Below are positions 1-7,659 of a DNA stretch of 64,000 nt, piece after piece; positions within the stretch are counted from its first letter, which is position 1; each line of letters begins with the position of its first letter. This DNA is from an uncultured Candidatus Saccharibacteria bacterium (GTDB lineage Bacteria > Patescibacteriota > Saccharimonadia > Saccharimonadales > CAIOMD01): NCBI GenBank assembly GCA_963716565.1, contig OY970318.1, positions 192,830 through 256,829 on the forward strand, in the 5' to 3' direction. Below the pieces are notes generated by a model. The model saw nothing but the letters and a program-made list of their open reading frames with translations, did no database searches and was not told the origin of the DNA. The translations under genes were made by a program, and so were the position numbers.

Positions 1-1188
1 AGCAACGGCTTCTTCGGCGTATTTTTGCTGTGTTAAGTCAAGGGTTGTTATAACTTTAAAGCCGGCCTTCATAATGTTTGTAGCCCCGTATTCTTCTTCT
101 AGTTGAGACTGGACTTCTAGCACGAAATGAGGAGCGATTATAGCGCTATATTTACTTTGGGTGGGCACAACTTTTGCCATGGTATCTACGGCCGCCGCCG
201 CTTCAAACTCTTCTTGGGTAATGTAGCCTTGTTGCCTCATCAGGTCTAAAACGTAGGTGCGCCTAACTACTAACTCTTCAATGTTTCCACCAGTTGGCAG
301 GTAGTATGAGGGCCTCGGGATAATCGCCGCTAGCAGAGCGGATTCGTCTAAGGTTAAATCCTTGGCCGGCTTACCGAAGTAACCGCGGGCAGCAGCTTCG
401 GCACCGTAGTAAACAGAACCAAAGGGGATTTCGTTTAAGTAAGCATTCAAAATGGTGTCTTTTGAGTAGGTACGCTCTAGTTCGATAGATAGAATTAGCT
501 CTTTTAGTTTGCGTTCAATGCTCTGTTCTTGGGTTAACAGGGAATTTTTTACAAACTGTTGGGTAATTGTAGACCCACCCTGGGTACTTCGCCCCCAAAG
601 GTTATTCCAGGCAGCTCGAATAAAGCCGGTCACACTAAAACCGCCATGCTTGTAAAAGTCTTTATCTTCGGCAGCAATTATAGCGTTCCTTAAGTATGGA
701 GAAATTTGGTCTAAGGCGACTGGGGTACACTCAACATCACCGGAGCTAGCCCATAATAAAGTTTGGCCGGTGCGATCGTAGTATAAGGTGCTAGCACCTT
801 CGGAACAGGTCTTTAAATCGGTAATATTTTGGGGTAAATCTTTACGGTAATAAGCAAATATTGCCAGAATAAAAATTACCAAAACAGCAAACATTATACC
901 TATAACTTTTAAAGTAATTAGTATGCCGCGTCGGCTAGTAAAGAAGCCCCAAACTCTTTTCGGGTGCAATCTAAAGAAAAATCTTTTAACTGGATTCTTT
1001 GGTAGGGATGCTAAATACTCGGCACGCTTGCGGGCGCGTACGTCTTTGTGCACCTTCATGCGCTGGAATAGATTGCGGTTACGTTTACCGGAGCTATTAT
1101 AAATTTTGGGTCGGCGCTTGTGTCGTTTTAGCATAGACTTAGCACTTTTCAATTTCTTATCTAAAGTAGTTTTTAAATTGATTTTCAA
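1..1188 (-). CDS. Class A penicillin-binding protein (PBP1-type): N-terminal membrane anchor plus GT51 transglycosylase domain; the 3' part runs off the window start
   Basis: My minus-strand translation gives a TM segment followed by AEDKDFYKHGG, GGSTITQQ and RKLKE, which are GT51 transglycosylase motifs. It is absent from the ORF track because there is no stop inside the window. The start is ambiguous: TTG at 1188 (GAGAGGGA upstream) or ATG at 1134. Confidence 0.8.
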   Translation of the reverse strand, partial: MKINLKTTLDKKLKSAKSMLKRHKRRPKIYNSSGKRNRNLFQRMKVHKDVRARKRAEYLASLPKNPVKRFFFRLHPKRVWGFFTSRRGILITLKVIGIMFAVLVIFILAIFAYYRKDLPQNITDLKTCSEGASTLYYDRTGQTLLWASSGDVECTPVALDQISPYLRNAIIAAEDKDFYKHGGFSVTGFIRAAWNNLWGRSTQGGSTITQQFVKNSLLTQEQSIERKLKELILSIELERTYSKDTILNAYLNEIPFGSVYYGAEAAARGYFGKPAKDLTLDESALLAAIIPRPSYYLPTGGNIEELVVRRTYVLDLMRQQGYITQEEFEAAAAVDTMAKVVPTQSKYSAIIAPHFVLEVQSQLEEEYGATNIMKAGFKVITTLDLTQQKYAEEAVA

Positions 1189-1268
1189 AACTTTTTCCCT
1201 CTCTCAAGTAAGCTTAATGATACCAAATCTGGGCTCCAAAAACCATTAAAAGAATAAACAGCTAAAGG

Positions 1269-3020
1269 TTACCTCTGGTTAAAAATGACAATACTAGAGC
1301 CGACTGTTATGTCTGGCTTTACACCTCGGTAGCAAGCGAACTCTTGCTGGGCACCGCCGTAGATAGCATGGTAGCTTAACACGACATTTAGTGGGTAATC
1401 GCGGTCACAAAGCCCCTCTAGGTACGCCCTATCGGCAAACTGCAGGTTATCTGGAGCCCCTAAAACCGCCATATCAACATTGGTAGATAAATCGTATATG
1501 TAAGTGCTGCCCGAGCTAGCCTTAGCGTAATCAATTAGGCGGTATATATCTTGGCTCCAGTCTATATTGGAATCTGTTAGGCGAATGGTATTTGTTTTGG
1601 TGTCTACTATTGGCAAAAGCTCGTTGCTATAACTTAATGTGTAAGGCCACTGCAGGGCTAAGCTGACCATTAGTAGGGCCAAGGCCACTCCGCTAATCAT
1701 TAACATTTTGAACTCGGGTAGCTTAAAGAAATACCTAGCTCTATAAAAACCGATAGCGATTAGTATAAATACGGCTGGATAAATTGGCATGGTATAGCGC
1801 CAGTCGATGTTGATGGCCGTTAAGGCAGAGATTGCCAAATAGGCCAGCACAAAACCAAAAAGGGTTAGAATGTACCAGCTATTCTTAGACAATTTAGAAA
1901 GCTTCAAGGATTTTTTGGCAAATTTGTACAGCAAGACCAATCCCAAACTAAGACTAAAGACGGCCGCCAAAATAGTAATTAACGGAGTCTTTATTAGAGC
2001 AGCCAGCAAGAAGTAATACCATTTGCTGCCAGAGTAGCTGCCCATTATGTAAACTAGCTGGTCGAAGCTACCATCTTTTACATGTAGGAATACTCGGCCA
2101 AAACCTCTAAGGTAAGAATACATTGGTATATACATATTCTTAGCGGCGTTGAATACGGCGTTGTCGTTAGCTAGGTTACCGGCATAAGCAGCGCTGTTGC
2201 TGCTGGGCTTAATAACCTCGAAACCATAGGTGGCAAACAAAAATAGCCCAGCAACTATAAATATAAAAGCCATCTTTTTAATAAAAGATAATACTTTTTT
2301 GCCGGTCTTAAGCTTTTTATCGTTAAGATAAATGCTTAAAGCCACTAACAAGGCTACAAACAGCAGAATAAATATGGTCGAAAACTTAAAGGCTAAAGCG
2401 GCTCCCAGGCACAAACTAGCCAGTAATAAACGTTTTATGCTGGGTCGGTTAACGTAATAAAACAGCGAAGTCAGTGTTAGTAGCATACCAAAAGCTGACG
2501 CTATATCGGTGGTTACATAGTGGCTATGGGCAATAATATTGGGGTCAAAACAAAATAGGCCCAAAGCCAGTAAGCCAAATGATTTGTTGGTAAAGTAGGT
2601 GGCCAGCAAAAACACTAGTAGACCTAAAAGCACAGCGACTACAATTGGCATTAAGCGAGCTGCAAACATTATGGCCCGTGGTGAGCTGTTACTGTGGTAA
2701 ACAAACTCTTTACCGGCCTTCCATTCACTAGCCGATTCCCAGGCGTCTAAGTCTTTTACATCTTTAACATCTAGTGCTAGCAAGGGCAGGGCGGACAGCT
2801 CTTTTAACAGGGGAGGATGTTCGGGGTTGAGTCTAAAATCTTTAGTTGTTATGTAACTGTAGCCGGCAGTCAAATGTACGGCTTCGTCAATTGTTTGGCT
2901 CTCAAAATAAGCTAGCCATAAATTGGCGCCAATAAACCATCCCAAAAAAATACAAAGCAAACTAACTTGCCACCAACGCCAGCTTTTCTTGTGCAGCAGT
3001 TGTTTTATGAACCCACTCAT
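1269..3020 (-). CDS. Polytopic GT-C fold glycosyltransferase (ArnT/PMT-like, GT39/GT83-type)
   Basis: 583-aa ORF with many hydrophobic helices. The first loop carries a DE motif (TIDEAVHLTAGYSY), as in carrier-lipid-dependent glycosyltransferases. Confidence 0.6.
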   Translation of the reverse strand: MSGFIKQLLHKKSWRWWQVSLLCIFLGWFIGANLWLAYFESQTIDEAVHLTAGYSYITTKDFRLNPEHPPLLKELSALPLLALDVKDVKDLDAWESASEWKAGKEFVYHSNSSPRAIMFAARLMPIVVAVLLGLLVFLLATYFTNKSFGLLALGLFCFDPNIIAHSHYVTTDIASAFGMLLTLTSLFYYVNRPSIKRLLLASLCLGAALAFKFSTIFILLFVALLVALSIYLNDKKLKTGKKVLSFIKKMAFIFIVAGLFLFATYGFEVIKPSSNSAAYAGNLANDNAVFNAAKNMYIPMYSYLRGFGRVFLHVKDGSFDQLVYIMGSYSGSKWYYFLLAALIKTPLITILAAVFSLSLGLVLLYKFAKKSLKLSKLSKNSWYILTLFGFVLAYLAISALTAINIDWRYTMPIYPAVFILIAIGFYRARYFFKLPEFKMLMISGVALALLMVSLALQWPYTLSYSNELLPIVDTKTNTIRLTDSNIDWSQDIYRLIDYAKASSGSTYIYDLSTNVDMAVLGAPDNLQFADRAYLEGLCDRDYPLNVVLSYHAIYGGAQQEFACYRGVKPDITVGSSIVIFNQR

Positions 3021-3079
3021 CTGCCTGTAATTCTATATCAAATTAAACTACTGAGCCATAAAATTGCTAAACTTTAAGT

Positions 3080-5122
3080 ATGTGGTCTATGTTAACGTCA
3101 TTAAAAGAACTCAGCGGTGTAGGTGATAAAGTTGCCGAGCAACTTGGTAGTGCTGGCCTAGAGACAATAAATGATCTAGTCGCCTACTTCCCTCGTAAAT
3201 ACGACGACTATTCTAACGTTAGCCAAGTAAAAGATATTCGCCCCGGGCTGGTTACTATAAAGGTTAAATTCCAAGGTGTTCGCGAAAGGCGTGCTCGTCG
3301 TGGTTTATCTATTACCGAAGCTGACGCTGTTGATTCGAGCGGCGCTGTAAGAGTAATTTGGTTTAACCAGCCCTACAGGGCCAATTCTATTAAAGCCGAT
3401 AAAACTTATTTTTTAAGTGGTGAATTTGTTTTGCAAAGGCAACGATTACAAATTGTTAACCCCGCCGTAGAATTAGACGATACGGCCGAAACGTCACAAA
3501 CGGCTAGGATTTTACCCACCTATCGTGAAACGGCCAATATTAGCTCGGTTTTAATCCGTAAACTAATGGTTCAGGTAGTGCCGGTTATACAAAAGTTGCC
3601 AGAAACTTTGCCTGACTGGGCTATAAAAGAATATGAGCTAATATCGTACGCTGATGCTTTGCGGGCCATCCACTTGCCCAGTAGCTCCCAGGAACTAGAG
3701 GCTGCCAAAAAGCGCCTAGGCTTCGAAGAATTATTCGTGCTAATTATGGCCACCAAACTCTTAAAAGAGCAAAACCTTAAAGTTAAGGCCATACCAATCA
3801 ACTTTGATTTAGCAGTGGCCAAGAAATTCGTTGCCAATTTGCCGTTTAAATTAACTGACGCCCAACGCAAAACCATCTGGCAAATCTATAAAGATATCGA
3901 TTCTGCCGAGCCCATGAACCGCTTGGTAGAAGGTGATGTTGGTTCTGGCAAAACCGTGGTGGCAGCTATGGCTGGTCTAATGGTGGCTAACGCTGATTTA
4001 CAGGTGGCCTTTATTGCGCCCACCCAGTTGTTAGCCCAGCAGCATGCCGATACCATCGCTCAGCTTTTGGCGCACTCACCGCTTAAAAGCAAGGTTGCCT
4101 TGCTATCTGGTGTAGTCAAAACAAAAGGCAAAACCGCCATCAAACAACGCTTGGCTAATAACGAAATCAGCATTTTAATTGGTACCCATGCTTTGTTACA
4201 AGAAAGCCTAGATTGGCACAAGCTTGGGCTAATTATTATTGACGAGCAACATCGCTTTGGCGTAGAACAGCGCCAAAAACTGTTCGCTAAAGCCGGCCAC
4301 ATGCCTCATGTACTTTGTTTAACTGCTACGCCAATTCCGCGCAGCTTAGCTTTAACGGTTTACGGTGAGTTAGATGTAAGCATCTTAGACCAGGCGCCAA
4401 GAATTCGGGCTGGCGTAGAAACCTCAATTGTATCGCCCAATTCTAAGGCCCAGATGTTTGAGGCGGTCCAGGAGCAGCTTAAAAAAGGCCACCAGGTCTA
4501 CGTGGTTTGCCCGTTAATTAGCGAAAGTGAAGTATTGCAAGCCGCTAGCGCCGAAAAGGTTTATGAAGGGTTCAGGAATAAAGAATTCAAGAACTGGCGC
4601 GTTGGTTTATTGCACGGCCGGCTAAAACCAGATGAAAAAGACAAAATAATGGCCGACTTTAAAGATCACAAAATAGATGTTCTAGTTTCTACAACAGTTA
4701 TAGAAGTTGGCGTGGACGTGCCCAATGCTACCGTTATGATAATTGAAGACGCTGATAGGTTCGGCTTAGCTCAATTACATCAGTTGCGGGGCCGAGTTGG
4801 CCGAGCCCAACACAAGGGCCACTGCTACTTAGTCATGAGCGATTCTAAGGGCCCATCTAAGCGCATGCAAGCCATTGCTAGCACTAATAATGGCTTTGAA
4901 TTAGCCGAACTAGATTTAGAAATCCGTGGCCCGGGAGCCATTTATGGCATCTTACAACACGGTGCGTTAGACTTAAGAATTGCTAAATTAACAGATACCC
5001 AACTCATTGGCCAAGTACGCGCAGCCGTAAAGCAATTTATGAGTCGGGGCGAAAAGCTGGTAGAATATAAGCAAATTTACGTCAAAGTAAAAGTAGCTAG
5101 CAAACTAACATATCTTAATTAA
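3080..5122 (+). CDS. recG: ATP-dependent DNA helicase RecG
   Basis: 680-aa intact ORF. It has a wedge-domain N-terminus, Walker A (GDVGSGKT), DEQH box, TATPIPR and QLHQLRGRVGR motifs. Confidence 0.9.
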   Translation: MWSMLTSLKELSGVGDKVAEQLGSAGLETINDLVAYFPRKYDDYSNVSQVKDIRPGLVTIKVKFQGVRERRARRGLSITEADAVDSSGAVRVIWFNQPYRANSIKADKTYFLSGEFVLQRQRLQIVNPAVELDDTAETSQTARILPTYRETANISSVLIRKLMVQVVPVIQKLPETLPDWAIKEYELISYADALRAIHLPSSSQELEAAKKRLGFEELFVLIMATKLLKEQNLKVKAIPINFDLAVAKKFVANLPFKLTDAQRKTIWQIYKDIDSAEPMNRLVEGDVGSGKTVVAAMAGLMVANADLQVAFIAPTQLLAQQHADTIAQLLAHSPLKSKVALLSGVVKTKGKTAIKQRLANNEISILIGTHALLQESLDWHKLGLIIIDEQHRFGVEQRQKLFAKAGHMPHVLCLTATPIPRSLALTVYGELDVSILDQAPRIRAGVETSIVSPNSKAQMFEAVQEQLKKGHQVYVVCPLISESEVLQAASAEKVYEGFRNKEFKNWRVGLLHGRLKPDEKDKIMADFKDHKIDVLVSTTVIEVGVDVPNATVMIIEDADRFGLAQLHQLRGRVGRAQHKGHCYLVMSDSKGPSKRMQAIASTNNGFELAELDLEIRGPGAIYGILQHGALDLRIAKLTDTQLIGQVRAAVKQFMSRGEKLVEYKQIYVKVKVASKLTYLN

Positions 5123-5141
5123 TTTTGGAGTAAAGCAATCG

Positions 5142-5939
5142 ATGTATAGTCGGGTAATTTTAGGTTCGCATCAAAAGATAGACAGGATGAGTCGGCAGGC
5201 TTTAAGTAGCTTTTTGCTAGATCAAACTGCCTTTCCATCAAAAAAGATGATTCTAAAAAACGAGGGCAAAAATGGCCCAGATGGTATGCAGCATAGATTT
5301 GCAGAGGAACTCGATACTTGGCACTACTACGATCCATTCGACCCAGAAGACGGCCGTTTATTAGATATCATTAAGAATCACTATGATGACTTGGTTAAGA
5401 ACTTAAAGTCTGGCAATAAAAAGAAATCAGCTTTTGACGCCGCTTGGTTGGGGCATGCTTTATTGGATGGCATGACGCCGTCGCATCACTATCCGTTAGA
5501 AAAAGAGCTAGAAGAAATCCGCGGCGAAGCCAAAGAAACCAGAACCACTAGGCTAAAAAGGGTCTTAGTAAAGGGTGAAAACAAGCGGCAGACTATAATA
5601 AAGAATTGGCAAATGTGGGGTGTAAAAGGCTTGTTTTCTACCCATTTTGCCTTCGAAGGTGGGCTGGCCACCATTTACGCAACTCTGCCAAAACGCATAG
5701 CCTACCCTAATAAGTACGAGCTAAAAACCATAAAGCTGGTGGGTTTAATTGATTTTTATAAGCGTGTGGCCCGCGAAGTCGCCATGTTAGAAATGTATGA
5801 CGAATTCTATCAAAAGGGTTGGACCAGCCGTTTGGCCAAAGTTGCCAAAACCGAACTGGCCCCAAGGATGGCCGCCATGACAACCCTAGCTTGGTATTTG
5901 GCCGCTTTCGAAGCCGGCATCCCCACCCAAGAGCTATAA
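5142..5939 (+). CDS. Hypothetical protein (weak resemblance to the zinc-dependent phospholipase C / S1-P1 nuclease fold)
   Basis: 265-aa ORF in host-like GC. The only motif-level hint is LGHALLDGMTPSHH. A hairpin at 5947-5970 follows the stop. Confidence 0.45.
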   Translation: MYSRVILGSHQKIDRMSRQALSSFLLDQTAFPSKKMILKNEGKNGPDGMQHRFAEELDTWHYYDPFDPEDGRLLDIIKNHYDDLVKNLKSGNKKKSAFDAAWLGHALLDGMTPSHHYPLEKELEEIRGEAKETRTTRLKRVLVKGENKRQTIIKNWQMWGVKGLFSTHFAFEGGLATIYATLPKRIAYPNKYELKTIKLVGLIDFYKRVAREVAMLEMYDEFYQKGWTSRLAKVAKTELAPRMAAMTTLAWYLAAFEAGIPTQEL

Positions 5940-5975
5940 ACTTTTTCCAACTTTGTTTCGGCAAAGTTGGTCAAA

Positions 5976-6152
5976 CCGACCGGGCGCTGCTCATAAAATT
6001 CTTAAGACCTTGTCAAATGAAACAATGCCTTCAGAACTCCCTTCGGTCGGCTCAAGCTTTTGTTATTTCTTCAAAGAAAAAGCTTGAACAAGCTGAAGGA
6101 CTTTAAATTGTTTATTTGACGGTCTTAAATCAACATATTCGCAGATGCCCGG
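5976..6152. ncRNA. Candidate structured RNA (6S-like rod with central bubble) or MITE-like imperfect palindrome
   Basis: Hand-folded pairing of about 45 bp over 173 nt (details in findings). It lies in a 316-bp non-coding gap. The strand is not determinable from sequence. Confidence 0.3.
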
Positions 6153-6218
6153 ACCCGGTAAACAAGAATTTGTATGAAGTCCCGCCAGTCGGGGGCTTCG
6201 CCATTTTATGGGCATTTC

Positions 6219-6254
6219 TCTAACATCTAACGTCTATCATCTATAATCTAATAT
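6219..6254 (+). repeat. Heptad-array element copy 1 (tctaaca tctaacg tctatca tctataa tctaata)
   Basis: Five consecutive 7-nt units abut the rsmD ATG. The array contains TATAAT at 6242-6247. It is 30/36 identical to copy 2 by my position-by-position count. Confidence 0.7.
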
Positions 6255-6785
6255 ATGAGAATTATTGCTGGTAGATTAGGTGGGTTGCAGTTTGATGCTC
6301 CTAAGGGGCATAAAACGCACCCCATGAGCGAAAAGATGCGTGGAGCATTATTCAACGTGCTTGGCGATATTGATGGCTTAACCGTTTTTGATGCTTACGG
6401 TGGCAGCGGTGCGATGGCTTTTGAGGCAGTCAGCCGTGGTGCTAGTGTCGTGAAAGTTTGTGAAATAGATAAAGATGCTGTTAGGGTTATTGCCCAAAAT
6501 GTGAAACATCTAAACATTTCACAAGGGGTGAGATTAATTAAGCATAGCTCAGCAATATGGGTAGAAGCCAACCCTACTGAGCGGTTTGATCTAGTAATTT
6601 GTGATCCGCCCTACAACGACATTAAAAAATCTCAGCTGCAAACATTAAGTAAGGCTGTTAAACCGCAAGGTTTGCTAATACTTTCTTTGCCACCCCAGTA
6701 TGAGCAGCTAGATTTTGATGGCTTTAAATTAGAATTAAAAAAGAGCTATGGTGATAGCTCCCTTACGATTTATCGAAAAAGTTAG
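6255..6785 (+). CDS. rsmD: 16S rRNA (guanine966-N2)-methyltransferase RsmD
   Basis: 176 aa. It starts MRIIAGRLGG, carries a SAM-binding FDAYGGSGAMAFEAVSRGA segment and a DPPY catalytic motif. Confidence 0.85.
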   Translation: MRIIAGRLGGLQFDAPKGHKTHPMSEKMRGALFNVLGDIDGLTVFDAYGGSGAMAFEAVSRGASVVKVCEIDKDAVRVIAQNVKHLNISQGVRLIKHSSAIWVEANPTERFDLVICDPPYNDIKKSQLQTLSKAVKPQGLLILSLPPQYEQLDFDGFKLELKKSYGDSSLTIYRKS

Positions 6786-6863
6786 TTTTGCGAGGAGGAT
6801 GTTTGCCGCGGGGGCGGGTAAGCAATGTTGCTCACCCGCCACGTGCGTTGAGGATTCTGTTGT

Positions 6864-7208
6864 TTACTCGATCTCGACCTCTTCGGCCGCGGCTACTGCT
6901 TTGACCTCTTCGGCCACTTCCTCATAGATATCGGCAACAAGCAGGGCAAGGCCGGGTTCGAGCGTTCGCCAGGCATTGATGGTGATTTCTAGGCAGTTAT
7001 TCCATCGAGATACCACCGTTGCGTTGGGCAACTCTCTCTTCGTTCGAAGCTCCGTACAAAGACGTCTGTCGAGTCGGGACAGGAGATCGTCCGCCAACTC
7101 TCGCGTTGGCACGTATCCTACGCAGATGGACTTGCGCCGTATAGGCCTGAACATCTTGTTTAGGAACTCGTAAAGACCCCTCCAGTAAACGACCACGAAT
7201 ATGTTCAA
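6864..7208 (-). CDS. Hypothetical protein on a high-GC single-gene cassette (acidic C-terminus)
   Basis: I trimmed the track ORF 6864..7310 to an in-frame TTG at 7208, which lies 9 nt downstream of AGGAGG. An extended -10-like TGTTATTAT lies upstream on the minus strand (within 7280-7293). A GC hairpin at 6813-6840 lies downstream. No family was recognised. Confidence 0.45.
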   Translation of the reverse strand: MNIFVVVYWRGLYEFLNKMFRPIRRKSICVGYVPTRELADDLLSRLDRRLCTELRTKRELPNATVVSRWNNCLEITINAWRTLEPGLALLVADIYEEVAEEVKAVAAAEEVEIE

Positions 7209-7356
7209 AGTCCCTTTCCTCCTCGCATTGTTTTCGCCCACAGGGGCGAGACTACTTCTCAACTGATGAAAAGCTAGCAATATAATAACATATAATGGCA
7301 AAATAGGCAATTGTACATATAATCTGTTTTTGCTATACTCTAGCTGTTCATCACGA

Positions 7357-7440
7357 GCGCGAGTGGTGGAATGGTAGACACGCTAGCCTTAGGAGCTAGT
7401 GCCGCAAGGCGTGAAGGTTCAAGTCCTTTCTCGCGCACCA
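7357..7440 (+). tRNA. tRNA-Leu (anticodon TAG), CCA encoded
   Basis: The acceptor pairs gcgcgag/ctcgcgc. The anticodon arm is ctagc-cttagga-gctag. It has a long variable arm and the T-arm gaagg-ttcaagt-ccttt, and it ends in acca. Confidence 0.9.
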
Positions 7441-7448
7441 AACAAGAG

Positions 7449-7469
7449 CACCCATTTTGGGTGTTTTTG
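7449..7469 (+). terminator. Rho-independent terminator after tRNA-Leu
   Basis: The stem caccca/tgggtg is followed by a T5 run. Confidence 0.6.
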
Positions 7470-7493
7470 TTTGGTCTGTGTGGCAGACTTAAG

Positions 7494-7596
7494 CCTTCAC
7501 GGCGACAGCTTTAGCTGGCGCGGAGTGAAGGTGCATAGAGCGATTAGCGGCAATAGTCGGGCGCGTAGCCCCGACGCTGTCCTTTCTCGCGCACCA
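7494..7596 (+). other. tRNA-Leu 3'-end echo: T-stem and acceptor 3' strand plus CCA, with the T-loop replaced by a 47-nt conserved GC hairpin module
   Basis: gtgaaggt (7525-7532) equals tRNA positions 7411-7418. tcctttctcgcgcacca (7580-7596) equals 7424-7440. The insert at 7533-7579 shares about 37 of about 40 aligned nt with 57875-57920. ccttcac (7494-7500) is complementary to gtgaagg (7525-7531). Confidence 0.6.
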
Positions 7597-7604
7597 AAAT
7601 TATT

Positions 7605-7640
7605 TCTAACAACTAACATCCATCATCTAACATCTAATTT
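7605..7640 (+). repeat. Heptad-array element copy 2 (tctaaca actaaca tccatca tctaaca tctaatt)
   Basis: Five 7-nt units lie directly after the tRNA-Leu echo and just upstream of the tyrS extended -10 (TGTTATTCT, 7642-7650). Confidence 0.7.
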
Positions 7641-7659
7641 GTGTTATTCTAGTTTTAAG

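Noticed and set aside
6797-6922. A 41-aa plus-strand ORF beginning at an ATG directly abutting AGGAGG just after rsmD.
   Set aside because: There is no spacing between the SD and the start codon. The ORF has a low-complexity Ser/Ala/Thr composition and lies antisense to the better supported cassette gene 6864-7208.
7399-7659. The 5' extension of the track ORF 7399..8916, which adds 87 aa to TyrRS.
   Set aside because: The extension reads straight through tRNA-Leu, its terminator and the tRNA echo. The conserved TyrRS sequence begins at the in-frame ATG at 7660, which sits behind its own -10 box.
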